A stretch of 64,000 nucleotides of DNA from Guillardia theta CCMP2712. Its lineage: Eukaryota > Protista > Cryptophyta. Shown piece after piece: positions 13,907-28,109 of this stretch. The notes under the pieces are model-generated. The model did not search any database. It saw only the letters and a list, made by a program, of their open reading frames with translations, and had not been told where the DNA came from. The stretch is taken from assembly GCF_000315625.1 (NCBI RefSeq), contig NW_005434658.1:149839-213838 (forward strand). The letters run 5' to 3'. The position numbers and the translations under genes were made by a program. Within the stretch, counting starts at the first letter, position 1. Each line of letters begins with the position of its first letter.

Positions 13907-14188
13907 TCAGTGCTTTTTTGCCGTTGCATCCCTCGAGGCTTTCTCCCTCGCTGCCTTCACTGCTCTCAGCACCATCGCTCCTCCTGCACTCTCCTCCCTC
14001 GGGCTTGACTCTCCTCCCGGCTCCCCGCCGGTGAGGGAGGAGGCGGCCTCGGCTTCCTCGCGGCGACGCCCTCGCGTCGCCTTGACTCTCCGATGCAGGC
14101 GAGACACGGTGGAGCTCTTGCATGACCATGTCGGCTTGGAGGCGATGCTGATGCTACGACGAGCGGGGGGCTGGAGGGGGGTCTGCAT
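13907..14188 (-). CDS. Small protein, family copy A1 (93 aa)
   Basis: Intronless ORF MQTPLQPPARRSISIASKPTWS...GGAMVLRAVKAAREKAS; motifs shared with the ORFs at 26.5-28.1 kb and 40.3-41.3 kb. Confidence 0.7.
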   Translation of the reverse strand: MQTPLQPPARRSISIASKPTWSCKSSTVSRLHRRVKATRGRRREEAEAASSLTGGEPGGESSPREESAGGAMVLRAVKAAREKASRDATAKKH

Positions 14189-15224
14189 GGTCGCGGGAAG
14201 CTGGGGAGGGAGCGGAGTTTACGGCGAAGGAGTTTGGGGGAAGAAGGGGAGGAACGGAGGAGGTTGTACAACGGTATCGTGACGGCCACATGACTTCAGT
14301 CACGAGGTCAGGTAATTCTCGTGGTAAAAGGATTTCCTCGGATACGCTGACGTCAGCCTTGTGATGTCACATGCCCTGTCTGTCACGGCATCGTTTGGAT
14401 ATCGTGACAGCCACATCGAACGCAGTCATGACCGCTGGCTGTCATGCCTTGGTGCTTCCTGTTGAGTTTCTGTCTCGTCACTACTGGATGTCAAGACAAC
14501 CTGCAAACATCAAGGGCGCGGCAGTTTTGTCGATCACGTCCAGCTTCGCATTCGTGCACTATATTCACTTTATTGATTGATTGTACACTCATTCGACACC
14601 AAAACATCCAGCTCACTTTAGGCATGATTGAAGTCGATGCCATCCTCTACTACCTTGCTATCCCCTTCCTCTCCCACGCCGCGTGACTTTGAGCCTCCTG
14701 GCACATCGCGATTCGATCTTGCATGTTATGCAGCTTGAAGCATACATACACCGCATGCCGGAGCTCCGTGAAATCAACAAGCTTGAGAGCCTATCTCGGA
14801 TAAGGTGGACAGCGACCTACAAGAAAGAAGGGAAGCAACCAACAGAATTCACCACAAACAGCTTGTCCTTATCTCCTTCCCTGCGTCGTTGCATCCCTCG
14901 AGGCTTTCTCCCTCGCTGCCTTCACTGCTCTCAGCACCATCGCTCCTCCTGCACTCTCCTCCCTCGGGCTTGACTCTCCTCCCGGCTCCCCGCCGGTGAG
15001 AGAGGAGGCGGCCTCGGCTTCCTCGCGGCGACGCCCTCGCGTCGCCTTGACTCTCCGATGCAGGCGAGACACGGTGGAGCTCTTGCATGACCATGTCGGC
15101 TTGGAGGCGATGCTGATGCTACGACGAGCGGGGGGCTGGAGGGGGGTCTGCATGGTCGCGGGAAGCTGGGGAAGGAGCGGAGTTTACGGCGAAGGAGTTT
15201 GGGGGAAGAAGGGGAGGAACGGAG
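13922..15224. repeat. Direct repeat, ~338 bp units (13922-14259 and 14887-15224)
   Basis: Two mismatches seen on visual alignment. Confidence 0.95.
14869..15153 (-). CDS. Small protein, family copy A2 (94 aa)
   Basis: Direct duplicate of A1 (offset 965 bp). The one coding difference in the shared core is synonymous (TCC/TCT Ser). Confidence 0.7.
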   Translation of the reverse strand: MQTPLQPPARRSISIASKPTWSCKSSTVSRLHRRVKATRGRRREEAEAASSLTGGEPGGESSPREESAGGAMVLRAVKAAREKASRDATTQGRR

Positions 15225-15366
15225 TATCGTGACTAAAGTCGTGATAGCTAGAAGCACGGACACCATCGGTCACGATTTGGACACGTTCCAGCTTCCAGAA
15301 GTTCTAAAACATGCTGTAGTAAATAATATCCTAACTTGCGGCACGGACATATTGAGTTCTAAGTTT

Positions 15367-17598
15367 TTACAGGTAGGAGAGCAACGGTGCTACAGCAAGA
15401 AAAGCCTGTTTGAGCAGCGAGTCAAGCAAGACGGCTCCAACAAGTCGCAAGATACTTGTACCTGCAAGATGATGTTGACAGAGAGTGAAGACGCCTGTTG
15501 AGATATCAGCTGCATGCGAGCTAGGAGCACCTGTCAGACTTACAGCGCTGAGCACCGTGTTCTTCTTTTTGTTGCAGTCATACGACGTCTTCGAGATGGT
15601 AGCGTTCACAAAGTCCACGTACTGACATGAGCATGGTCAGAAGCCGAGCAAAGTCGCATGATCTCTACAGCAGCCGTTGCCGTCAACACGGAGTGTCGCC
15701 CGACGGCGCCGCACCTCCAGTCAGACCTGCCCGCCACTAAGACGCACTCGCCCCCCTCCTTCGTCTCAGTACTGTGGCCATTCCGAGCCCAAGATCACCA
15801 AGCCGACAATCCTCCATCCTGTGTTGCTCTTCCTGTCATCAGCTCTGTAAGATCTAGATCGCATCAAGGAATACTTCACCATGCTACCGGGCTGCCGCTG
15901 TCACCATTGCAGCTGTCGTATCCTCCCTGCCAAGCTTTAACCGTGCGAAGGCGCTCGAGTCGCCGAGCACCTGATCCGCCATAGCGCCGCCCGCGCAGAT
16001 GACATGCCCGTACTCAAACAAGTTCCTGAGTCATTCAGTCAGCTGCATTTTCCCGCATGTGCACAACTGACTTGCAACGCCCTGCTTGACCACAATGTCC
16101 ACTGCTGACCTGAAAGGCATGTCAACACGGAGTCTGAATGATTTCAAGACATCTCACCCCATTGTTCACAGGATTGACATCTCTGCACTTCTGCATGGAG
16201 CTGACGGGAACTTCCAGTTTCTGCGTCCATGTGTCACCCGATCTGTCTGCATGCTCCTGGTAGAGCGAACTTGTAGCACTGAAGGAACGCATCTGCCATC
16301 ACCACATGTACTTCCCCAGCCCATCATAACAACTTTTTCCTGGAGGTCAATCGATAAAGTGAGAAATTCTGGTTCCTTGCAAAGGATGCACAACCTTGGA
16401 AATGTCAAAGGGAAACAGCGGCACAGGGATGTTTGTTCTGCTGCCATCAATCTCTCCTATCCATTCCTTGGGCATGGCTGAATCCAACAGTCACTTCATC
16501 TTTGCCAATGCTTCCATAATTTACACACCTTTGTCCACTTTTAGCATAGCGATATCATGGTAATCGCAGCAAGGATCGAAACATGGATTTGCTACGATCT
16601 CCTTCACTATCCTTTGTTGGCAGGGATAAGACGTGGAATGCAGATCTGAGCATCCAAAGTAAACGCGTTGGGAGTCAGAGGCCGGAATGATCTGTGTCTC
16701 TGCAGCATTCAGCACGCAATGGGCCGCTGTAAGAATCCACCTGGTTTGAGGTGTAAAAATGAGTGAGGGGAACGTAAGCATCAGGGTTGGAAGACAAACA
16801 GTATTCACATCCAACACATTGACTTCTCTCAGTCAATCCGGTTCCTCCTGCCTCCATCTCTCTCTCCACCACTTCATTTCCTCTCGTTCCTGCTTCGCCC
16901 TCGGCCCGTTCGCATTCCTAGTCAGGCCACCTCCCCTCCATCGATCTTTCTCTCCTCATAGAGCATCGCTGTTGCCGTCTGAGCATGCAAGTTCTTGTCA
17001 TACCATTCAGAGATAATCGCTCCGCCGCAGCGCGGGAGGGAGCCGCCCAACATGGCGATCCAGGGGAAGTTCTGAAGCCTTTCTTCCTCCTGGAGTTGCA
17101 CGCAGTCAGGATAGGGCACATCATTGCAGGAGTGTTCTCACAGACACCGCAGTGCCTCCTATGATGCGCAAGTTTGAGCTCTTGGACTCAGAGACCTCTT
17201 CCTTGTTTCGATGTTGTCTACTGACTCGCTCAAACCCTGCAGGGAAACTTCATCAGAAAATGAATTATTGCCAACAATGTCGGGGATGAGCTTGACAGTT
17301 GACATGAGTGCCAAACCATGAAATCCACATGCAGTATTCTTCCACTTTCAGTCTGGGAGTGAGGGGGGAGCACTTGTGCTTGATCCAAGACATCAAATTA
17401 AAAGCAACCCCGTTTGACGTTTGTTCTCCCAGCCATCAAGGATACAAAGATCTCCAGAACAAGGTTGTCGAGCACAGGAGCACACACAGGGATCATTGCG
17501 CTCCTTGTCTCTCCCTTCTTACCGGCTGCTTCGCCATCTCCCGACATTGAGACCGTTGCCGCCGCAACCATCACAGCCATGGTAACCCACGACCGCAT
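15367..17598 (-). CDS. Secreted trypsin-like serine protease (S1A), multi-exon; 3' end approximate
   Basis: Hydrophobic N-terminus MRSWVTMAVMVAAATVS; FPWIAML..CGGAII, WILTAAHC, HDIAMLK, GYDSCNGDSGSP (~15889-15925). The catalytic triad is intact, with Asp in the S1-pocket position. Confidence 0.92.
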
Positions 17599-18530
17599 GA
17601 TGAGAAAGGAGGAGCGAAAGGGGTGTGCCCAGTTTCACTTCATGAGGGGGGGTGGGGGTGGAAGAAAAGGATATCCATGATACGAGTCTTGAGGGGACTA
17701 CAGCACAAAATGAGGGGGGTAGGGGTAGTCACATGGGGGTAAGGGGGTACGTTTCTTTTAAGCTAGAAAAATAGAGTCGGTACTTTCAGTGAACGGTGCG
17801 GCGAAGCCGGCCGCCGGGCCCCGGCCCGCCCGGCCCATTTTTAATGGTACTACCGTACGGTAGCCTAGTAGGGCCGGGCCCGGTGCTCACGGTCCAGCCC
17901 GTGGGGCTTTACTCAAAGTTAAGTTAAAAAATCAGTACGAGGACAATCATCAGGCCCCCTGAGAGTAGAGGAGGCTGGCCTGCCTACGGTACGGCAGTAC
18001 GGTCACTAGCGTCTCCTCAGGCTCTCAGAGCCTCTGAGCCTCGTCGGGTTCTAGTTGAGCCACAGAACGGTCGAAGGATGATAGCGAAGAACTGAATGAA
18101 AGATGACTGGAAGATGATGATGGTCACGGTGACGAGGACAAGATCAAGTTAATGTTACTGATTTGAACCTGTGGAGAGGTGGATCTGATTACAATCAGTG
18201 ACAAGCCGAGGAGTTCTCAAAAGTATTAACTGAGAGTCACCTGCCACCTTGCATTGATTTCTTGATGAGAGAAAGTTTCCTTGTTCATCCCAAGTTGGGA
18301 CTTCGTCGAGTACTAGCGAATGTCGGATCCTTGCAAGACGCTAAACGAGAGCAAAACATGAATGTTACTTCCCAGCTGACATCCAGCTACTCTCACGCCC
18401 TTGCATGACCAGTAGCTGAGGGCCGTCCGGTCGTCAGACAGCATCTAGAGCTCGCACGTGCATTCCTGCCGTGACATCTCTGGACTGTCCTCAGGTCCTC
18501 ACCTGCAGCGGTGAGAGGAGGAGCTGTAAG

Positions 18531-20474
18531 ATGGCAAGCTTGTCGGGAGACGAACGACAACTTGGCGTCTGGATAGCAAGAGCCAAGACGTCGATGCAGG
18601 AGGCTACAGAGCTGAAGAATGCCCTCAAGAGCCACAAGGAGGAAGCTCTGGCTCTGCGGCAGAAGGCTGAGGCTGCTGAAGAAGCGATACAAGTGCTTTT
18701 GAACCAGGAGAAGCAAGTGAGTTGTTTAGAGGTCGATTGTCCGTGTTTGATGGTGTTCTGCAGAGAGAAGAAGAAACGTCTATCTTTGCTGACTGGAATG
18801 GGGAGCTTTATCACATACTTGCGATCCAGAAACAGATGTTGAAGAATAAGGTGTTAGCGCATCTTTGCAGCTCCTATGAATAATGATGTCTGCAGACGCA
18901 AACTCAAGTGAGCTTCTTCAAGATTATGAAGAACAAGCAAAAGGCGTTAAGAGTGATACAGGCCCTCAAGGAGATCAAAGATAGCAAGAAGCGACAAAGG
19001 TCCGTGGACTTTATATTGCCAGGCCATAGAAGAGATTACAAAAAGTTTTGACAGTGTTGAGCAGCAAACTGGCAAGAATCATTGCAAGACGGAAGCGTTT
19101 CAAGACCTTGCGTCGCGTCATTGACTCTTGGGCATCATGTACTCGACGACAGAAACAGGTTCATATCTCAGATGCCTCACATTGTTGTCATGCAATTTTC
19201 AGATCGGCCGCCGCAAAGAAAATCTTGCAAAGGCTAGGAATGGAACGATCTTGTGTAACCACATGTCAAAGTGGTCTCAAGTGTGCTTCTTTCACCAAAA
19301 GATTGAAGACCAAGTGCTTTTTCGATTCAAACATTTCGTCAGAAGACGAGTCTTGTTTTCATGGAGAAATGGACTGGCAAAACATCATTGTTTTTCAAGG
19401 CTGCTGTGGAGAATGTTTCATCGTTGGAAAACGCTCTACATGAGGCACAGGCTGATGACGGAGAGCGAGCTCTGGTTTCTCGACAGGCACGAGTTCCTGA
19501 CAGGCAACCGAGTGTTCCTTGCTTGGAAGTGCCTCGGGCAGGAATTGGTGAAGACGAGGGTGAGGTTCGAAAAGTGTCGAGGATTGATCAGACGGTCCTG
19601 GTACAGGCTACTCTTGCTGTGCTTTGGAGTTTGGCTGTCTGCCATGGAGACGGCAAGGCTGATCAGCGCGAAATGGATGATGAAATGTAACAAGATCGTT
19701 CCTGCTCAGATGTACACTGCCTTTCTGTCATGGAGATGCAGGAACAAGCACAAGGTGTTGGGGAGGATTACCGTCATGACGAAGAGTACAGGCCGGCGTG
19801 CCCAGTGCACTGCAAGGCATTTCTCCTGCTGGGTTGACATGATATCAATCAAAAGAAAATGCCTTGATCTGAAGAGGGAGGTATGTGAACAATCAGCAAG
19901 GCGAGCTTTACAAGGAGTTCTCAACTGCTGGAAATACCTCCTCCACCTGGCTACTCGTCGAAGTTGGGTGGATCACAAGCTGCATCTCGCCTGCAGCGAT
20001 GTGCTCCGAACTTCTTTCGTCCTCTGGACGTTCGGTCACCTACAGCTTTGCCTCAAGATCAGCAGGTACAGCTTGAACAAGCTTCGGCGTAAGTCAGCCC
20101 TGTCGATGACTCTTGACCGGTGGATGTCCAGCACCTGCTGTGCTGACTACCTGCAAGTATGTTCGCTCGCCTGGTCCAGGGCCGCCCGGGCCCTCCTCTC
20201 GTTTCGGGCCCTCCTCTCATGGAAGTTGGTTCTAGAGGACCGGCAAAGGAAGCATGAGAGGAGGCTGATGGATCAGGTTATGGGCCTCAAGCTGATGATG
20301 TTGTCGTGCTGGAAACTCTTTGCGGCGACGTGCAAGACTGAAAGGGCTGTGGTGGACAACTTTCAGTCGCTCCTCATGAGGAAGGAAGCTGCTCTTATCT
20401 TGCAATGCTGGAGGGGCTGCGTGCTGAAGCAAGGCTCCAACTGTCTGAGCTCCCCCGACTACCAGAACGAATAA
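18531..20474 (+). CDS. Coiled-coil protein with Sfi1-like Trp repeats (putative centrin-binding/basal-body protein)
   Basis: N-terminal coiled coil, then a basic helical region with recurring [FL]xxW (LFSWR, MFHRWK, VFLAWK, CFGVWL, AFLSWR, HFSCWV, SFVLWT, LLSWK). Confidence 0.6.
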
Positions 20475-20479
20475 AAGCG

Positions 20480-21886
20480 TCATGAATCTTTTCTTTCCTC
20501 TGGCACAGGCTTCAGGTCAATCATCAGGTTGTACTGCCTTGTCCCGTGAACTCTTGACATCTCCGTCACGCAAGAGACTTTCCCTGATGGCAAGAAGGAG
20601 GGCAACACCTCTTCGGGGAACATAACTGCGCCGTCATTATTGATGAGTGCATCCATCACATCAACACACTTACCCAAAGTTTGCTTCCAGTGAGTTTCCG
20701 GTTTGGACGGAGAGGTGTCCAAGACGCTGTTCGAGCTGTCCTCGCTCACCTCGAACCAGATGCAAGCTCCTCGCATGGTCTGGTTCACTGCGAAAGTCAT
20801 GCTCTTAGCAATCTTCCGCACCTCTGCGGGTGTTATCTTGTACATGTCACACTCCCACAGGACTTGAGGGAGTTCGATCACGTCAGTCTCGTCCACTCTG
20901 ACGATCATCGGTGAAGACACCATCTGCTCTACTGCGACCGGATGGACAGCATGCAGCGTTAGCCCCCAGGTCTCCTCCGGGTCCGACCAGAATTCAACCT
21001 TGTCTCGCCAGACCCTCTCAGCAGAGACAGGCGCCAACAGGATCCTAGCGGAACTCGGAAGCATCGTCCCCTCCTCCTTCAAGAAGTTGTCCCTTGCAAA
21101 GATGACCGAGTCAATCATCGACTCGTGCAGCAGGTAGTGGCCCATCCACTCGCTCACGATGAGATCAACTTTCTCTGGGAGCTTCACGTCCTCTATCCTG
21201 CTGTGCAGCACGTCTACGATGTCGCTCATCCCGTTGTCGAACACGTTCATTTGCGCCAGGGAGGCCATTCTGCTGCTCTCCACAGCGTACACTTTCCTCG
21301 CTCCTGCTCTTGCCGCAAACATGGCAAGCAGGCCAGTCCCAGTCCCCACATCCAGCACAACCATTCCCGGACGCTCCTTCAACACCTGCTCGATGGCATT
21401 TCTATACCACTGGCATCGCTCACGGTCCCGCAGCATGGACTGGTGTACACCAAGGTCGCAGTAGCTCTTGGTATAGGGATCCTCCGCGCTAGGTGCAGCT
21501 CTTGAACCTGATCCTCTGTCATGAATGCACAGCTCCATGCTGCGTTGCGAGCGCTGGAGCTCCGCAAAACGCTGGGCCGACTCTCTGTCAAGGAATTCAA
21601 GTCTTGGGAGCTTCCCAGCGACGACCAGCCGATCGAGCTCCTTCTGCGTACACGCATTCTTGCTCCTCTTGTCTTCCACGAACCATCTGGACACAATCTT
21701 CCCGTCCTCAAACGCCTCTTCCTCGCCCACCACTCTCAGTACTAGTCGGTCATGCCCTGGAGGCTGACTGCCCCGAGCATGGCCGCTCGTGTATGGCGTC
21801 GAGTCGTCAACGAGGAGGAGGAGGAGCATGATGTAGCTCGTCGAGGGACACAGCAAGGAGCGTCTCCAGCAATACATTCTGAGCAT
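20480..21886 (-). CDS. Protein arginine N-methyltransferase (type I PRMT-like); start uncertain
   Basis: VHQSMLRD, VLDVGTGTGLLAMFAARAGARKVYAVE, double-E loop IVSEWMGHYLLHESM, THWKQT. Probable in-frame 48-nt intron at ~20626-20673. Confidence 0.95.
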   Translation of the reverse strand: MLRMYCWRRSLLCPSTSYIMLLLLLVDDSTPYTSGHARGSQPPGHDRLVLRVVGEEEAFEDGKIVSRWFVEDKRSKNACTQKELDRLVVAGKLPRLEFLDRESAQRFAELQRSQRSMELCIHDRGSGSRAAPSAEDPYTKSYCDLGVHQSMLRDRERCQWYRNAIEQVLKERPGMVVLDVGTGTGLLAMFAARAGARKVYAVESSRMASLAQMNVFDNGMSDIVDVLHSRIEDVKLPEKVDLIVSEWMGHYLLHESMIDSVIFARDNFLKEEGTMLPSSARILLAPVSAERVWRDKVEFWSDPEETWGLTLHAVHPVAVEQMVSSPMIVRVDETDVIELPQVLWECDMYKITPAEVRKIAKSMTFAVNQTMRGACIWFEVSEDSSNSVLDTSPSKPETHWKQTLGKCVDVMDALINNDGAVMFPEEVLPSFLPSGKVSCVTEMSRVHGTRQYNLMIDLKPVPEERKDS

Positions 21887-22760
21887 GATGCGGCTCGTCG
21901 CCTCTGAGGCGGACCGCAAATTGGTATGCGTGCCAGGCCCGGGCCCGGGCGTCGCCCGGCCCGCCCGCCGGCCCCGCCGCGCGGTACTGTGAACTGACGG
22001 TCCGATCACCGGTCGCCGGCCTGGCCGGGTCGGACCGTACGACCCGGCCAGGCCGCGGGCAAGTGAAAGAATGTCACGGTTACTATGATGGGTACCGGCA
22101 GCCTAGGGTTCCCGGAACTCGGAGTTCCGCTACGGAGTACTGCCAGGACGGACTCCCCGGACTCATGGGCACCGGCAGTCACGGTAGCCCGGCCCCCGGG
22201 CGCTGCGCGGCGGCAGAGCGGCAGTTTACCGTACTACCGTACTAGGGCAGTAGTAGGGGATATGATGATGGACAGGGGTTACTATCAAAAATCACTGAGT
22301 AGTACGCACTATTGTTTCCCACGCCTCATCTGTACTGATTGAAAGTACACTGCTACGGTGGTGGATTTCTCGGGGCAAATTTCAAATCACTTTGTACAAA
22401 GTCAGAAACTAGCAACCTGGGCCCTGAGACGGCGGGAAACCGGGGGAGTGTGAGAACAGATATTGCCTCACTGATTGAAGTTTACCACAGCGACTCCGTC
22501 ACGAAGTTACTACCGTGATGGTCTGTTGCACTACTGAGTGACCCGAAGTTGAGTAAAGTTTCAGAGGTTTTTTTTTTCCGAGGCTGGGAGAAGTGAACAA
22601 CATTGGAGGAGGGATGCAGGGGGGGTGGATGCAAGGGGGATGCAGGGGTGGAGGTGGGTGGGGTAGGATCGGTGATCCGAAGTTGATATCGTCACGGTAA
22701 AGAAGTTGCTGGCATAGCTTCACGCTCCGAAGGTGGGTAGGGCCGCGCCGGCCAGACGCC

Positions 22761-23879
22761 ATGGGACGGGCAAGAGCTTCCAACGTCAACAAGAGGCTCG
22801 GAATCTTGTTTGCTCGAGCCGTGAGTTGCTGCTTTCCTGTCTGTTGCTCCATCTTGCACAAATCTAGTCAACAGCTGACCGTGCTGTGCGTTACAGGTGA
22901 CGGCAGATGTGCAGGAGGATGGTAAGTTTCGATCTTCCTACACCCTCGACAGAACTGGGAAACTGTCTCCATTCAAAGCATTCTCTTCATTCATGCCATC
23001 AGCCATAAGGAATGAATGCAGCCATGCGGGCAGGCAAGGACTCACGCTGGTGGAATACAACAAGTGTTTGGAGCAGAATGGTTTCCTCAAGTCAAGGTCA
23101 AGAAGTCCATTCCTGGAAGATTTAGAAATTTCCCAGAGCAAACATTCTCGAGGTGTTTTGTCTAAGATCTTGATTTTTTTTGCCTCACTGTTTTGGCTGC
23201 AGGAATGAAATATTTCTTTGTATTGAAGCGATGGCTGGATCCAAAGGATCCCAATGATTTGAAACTCCTCGATGCAGGATGGGAAGTTCTGAAATGCTTC
23301 TGTCCCATGCAAGATCTTTCAGAGCTAAAAGTTAAATTCCTGCTCGTGTGCCAGCACTTTCATGATGCTTGGGAAGAAGTACGCGCTTCGCAAGTCGCCC
23401 AGCAGCCATCGGAAATAGAGCAATTGCATGATTCTGAGTATGATTCAACTCAGGCCTCAGATCAAGATTCTCTTTTACCACCATCAACATCCTGGTCACC
23501 CGTCTGCATGATGAGCAATTTTTGGAACTGTCGCTGGGAACAACATCACACGCAACATTGCGGGAGTGATACAGAAGAAACGATTTCACACTTCTCTTGC
23601 GGTGAGTTGGCATCGGACTGTGCAACACTTGAGATACAGAGCTGCTCTGAAACAAGTTCGAGAAGTGCCTGTGAGGAAGAAGATGACAATCAAATCCAAT
23701 TTTTCGAGATGCAAAGGGGATGGCACCCGCCAGATATCAACTTCGATCTGAGTACTGCCGAAAGCAGCGGAGGGTTGACTCAAGAGCGGCGGCTTGCTAT
23801 CAATCTTCCAGTAGCTCAGGATCTGTGTGACGGAGGCTGTGAAATCTGTGCCATGAGCATCATGCCAAATGACCGTTGA
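22761..23879 (+). CDS. Hypothetical 3-exon protein with basic N-terminal domain and acidic/Ser-rich tail
   Basis: Clean GT-AG introns 22821-22896 and 23153-23202 join MGRARASNVNKRLGILFARA|VTADV...KHSR|GMKYFFVLKRWLDP in frame. Confidence 0.7.
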
Positions 23880-24549
23880 ACCTTGCCACGATGCTCCGGA
23901 GGCTGCCACAGTCTCTTGATGTTTTGAGTTTCGAGCGACTTGGCGGCGACTCCTGCGAGCCAGTAGCTACACGGTGATGATCATACAGTAGTGATAAGAT
24001 AAACTACTTAACTTGAAGCGGCCCATTGAACGATGACCGTTCAACCGTTCAAGCACGCCGCCGCGCCGCCGCGACGGTGACTGGCAGCTCCGGGCGGAGT
24101 CCGGCCCGGGGCCGCCCGGCCGACCGTTCGGGGGGCCGCGTCCCGGAGAGCGATAGTACGGTCCCGGAGTCCGGGCCCGGGGATCGCCGGGGCCGGACGC
24201 TACTAACGGTGACCGTGCCAGAGGGGCCTGACTGACTCGCGCGGCGCGCCCCCGCGGCGGCGCCCGGTACTAGGCTAGCCTGAGGGCCTACGGTAGGCCG
24301 GGCGGCGGCCGGGCACAGCCGCGCCACGAATCTACCCGTGCGCCGGGCCCGCGCGCCGGCCCGCGCCCGCGGCGCTCACAGAGTCAGCGGCCGGCACTAC
24401 ATTAGCCAGGCTAGTACCCGGCCCCGCCTGGGGCCCGACTGACTCGGCCGCTCAGTCGGTGGCAGTGGCCGGCCCCCGGGGCCTGGCGGCCTCCGAGCAG
24501 TGGCCCAGATGAGTGGGGATGAGGGTATCCTGGTCTAAATTCGGCGCCA

Positions 24550-25686
<1,137 letters not shown>

Positions 25687-26561
25687 AATGACAGTCACAG
25701 CGTACCGAACTAGAAGGAGTGATTGTGCTTGGCATTAGGTTGATACGAAGATTGTAAACTTAGTCGAAATGTTCCTATATAGCCTCATCGTCCTTCGGCA
25801 GACCTCAGTTACTGCCGAATCAACCCGTTATCTGCCAGAAAGTACATACCGTACTATCGAGTATCACCAAGGACTCCGGGGAGTCCGGCCGGCGCCGCCG
25901 GGCGGATGTGACTCGCCGCCGCCGCCGGGTGGCCGGCCCCGGGCACTGCCACATCCGAGTCACTGAGGCGGGGCCGTACTACCGTACCGTAATCGGACCG
26001 ATCGGACGGTACGGTGCCCGCCGCCGCGGTCGGCTGACTGGCCTGACTCTGTCCCAGCCTTGAACTTAACTTCGGCGGCCGGGCGCGCCCCGGCGGCCGC
26101 GACTCCCGGGGCCCGGCCCCCCGGGCCCGCCCCACGGCCCCCCCCCGGCGCCACCAGCCCCGGCCGCGCCAGCCCGGTGCGGCCGACTCGGCGATGATCG
26201 GACGGCCACGGTGGCGTGCAGCTGACTCTTCACTCAAAGTTTAGTTATGCCGGAAGTCTCCCCGAAAAAGTCTGAAACTGATTCGGATGACCGTGATGGA
26301 CAGCCGCGATGATGACCGCTTGTAAGCCTTTGAAAAGCACTCAGGCTGCCGTCACGGGAGGCTGACTTGCCAGCCTTACAAGATCACGAGACTCCATCGT
26401 GACATATGAAGGATTGCGAATCTCGTGACCCACCTTACGACGTTGAGGTTTTCAAAACAAGTCTTTTCGAATAGTATCTTTTCGGGGCCGCTGACGCACA
26501 TCAGTCGGAGTCAGACTCCACATTAAAAGCTTTTCTGCTTCCCACCCTGCCCTCACAACCC

Positions 26562-26852
26562 ATGCACGCCCACGCCCACGCCGCCCTGGCTCGCCGCAGC
26601 ATCTCCTTTTCCTCTGACGTCACCTGGACTGTCACCGCCCCCCGCAAGCCTCTCCTTGATCGTCGCTGCTCCCTCGCCAAGGCAGGCGGGGATCCATCGA
26701 GCAGGAGCGGAGCAGAGGAGGCGAGGATGGAGCAGCGGAAACGAAGGCGTGCGGGAGCCAGGCCAGAGCTAGGGAGGAAGGAAGCTGGGGAGAAGGCAGG
26801 CATGCTGCTGGAGGCAGTGATGATTGCGAGGAGGAAGAGCTTCGGGCAGTAG
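26562..26852 (+). CDS. Small protein, family copy B1 (96 aa)
   Basis: MHAHAHAALARRSISFSSDVTWT...KAGMLLEAVMIARRKSFGQ; shares both family motifs. Confidence 0.7.
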   Translation: MHAHAHAALARRSISFSSDVTWTVTAPRKPLLDRRCSLAKAGGDPSSRSGAEEARMEQRKRRRAGARPELGRKEAGEKAGMLLEAVMIARRKSFGQ

Positions 26853-27809
26853 GAAAGAAAAGGGGAGGGGCCGAGGGGTAAAATGGGAGCCGAGTGGAAA
26901 AAGACTTGTTCTCCCTATGAGTAGGGTTTTGGGAGAAGCTTTCTGGTGTACGATAGAGGTGTATAGAATGTGGTAATATAAGCTTGAAGAACAAGGACGA
27001 CTGTGTGATACTTCAATTTGTCCATGGATATGGCACTAGGTCATTTTTTCCATGTACAAAGTCAATTCCACTCATCAAGTACGATGCACTGAAGGATCGA
27101 TGACCAGATCGAGATCGAGGTCGCTACAAATAGGATTGCAAGCAAAATACTTGCTTGATTTATCTGGACTGTTTGTTCGGCTGAAAGTAAATTCAAAGGT
27201 TATCTGGAAAAGATCCGTTGGATTCAGGTGGAACTCGTACAGCTTTCATATTTCTCTTCAGAGTGGATGCAGGAGAGACGAGCAGATACACCTGTGATGC
27301 AGGGAGATGAACAGTTGATAGAGAGGAAAGTCCTGATAGCAGAGAGGATCCCATTCGTGTTTTGTAACTACGACTGCATTAACATGAGGGAAGTGCTGAG
27401 TGGTAGAAGGGGGTGAAAGACTGTAATCATGCCAAGGCACCATGATCAGTGAAAGCAGACTTTGATTTTGCTGAGGAACAATCTGTGATCGGCGATACCA
27501 AAGGAAGTCCGTTGTAGGACCTGTTACCTTCTTGGTAGATTTTTGACTAGTTTACCAGGATGTATTGATGAATATCACGATGAGACATGTTTTCATTCTC
27601 CCCCATGACGCCTCGCTCGTGCTCAAAGCGTGTGGGATTGCACTCGACAAACACTTTTGTTCTTCAAGCTTGTATTACCACATTCTATACACCTCTATCG
27701 TACACCAGAAAGCTTCTCCCAAAACCCTACTCATAGTCCCCTCGTGACCCCTGCGAGGAGCGGCGCAGGAGACCAGCGATACTGTCACCCTGTATCCCCT
27801 CGGCCCCCT

Positions 27810-28109
27810 TTACTCCACGCACTGCCCGAAGCTCTTCCTCCTCGCAATCATCACTGCCTCCAGCAGCATGCCTGCCTTCTCCCCAGCTTCCTTCCTCCCT
27901 AGCTCTGGCCTGGCTCCCGCACGCCTTCGTTTCCGCTGCTCCATCCTCGTCTCCTCTGCTCCGCTCCTGCTCGATGGATCCCCGCCTGCCTTGGCGAGGG
28001 AGCAGCGACGATCAAGGAGAGGCTTGCGGGGGGCGGTGACAGTCCAGGTGACGTCAGAGGAAAAGGAGATGCTGCGGCGAGCCAGGGCGGCGTGGGCGTG
28101 GGCGTGCAT
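27810..28109 (-). CDS. Small protein, family copy B2 (99 aa)
   Basis: Inverted duplicate of B1, with one substitution (A/T) and a CVE extension. Confidence 0.7.
   Translation of the reverse strand: MHAHAHAALARRSISFSSDVTWTVTAPRKPLLDRRCSLAKAGGDPSSRSGAEETRMEQRKRRRAGARPELGRKEAGEKAGMLLEAVMIARRKSFGQCVE

Noticed and set aside
18070-18400. Acidic coding-like fragment (DDSEELNER*LEDDDGHGDEDK)
   Set aside because: Multiple stops and no identifiable parent gene; too weak to call a pseudogene.
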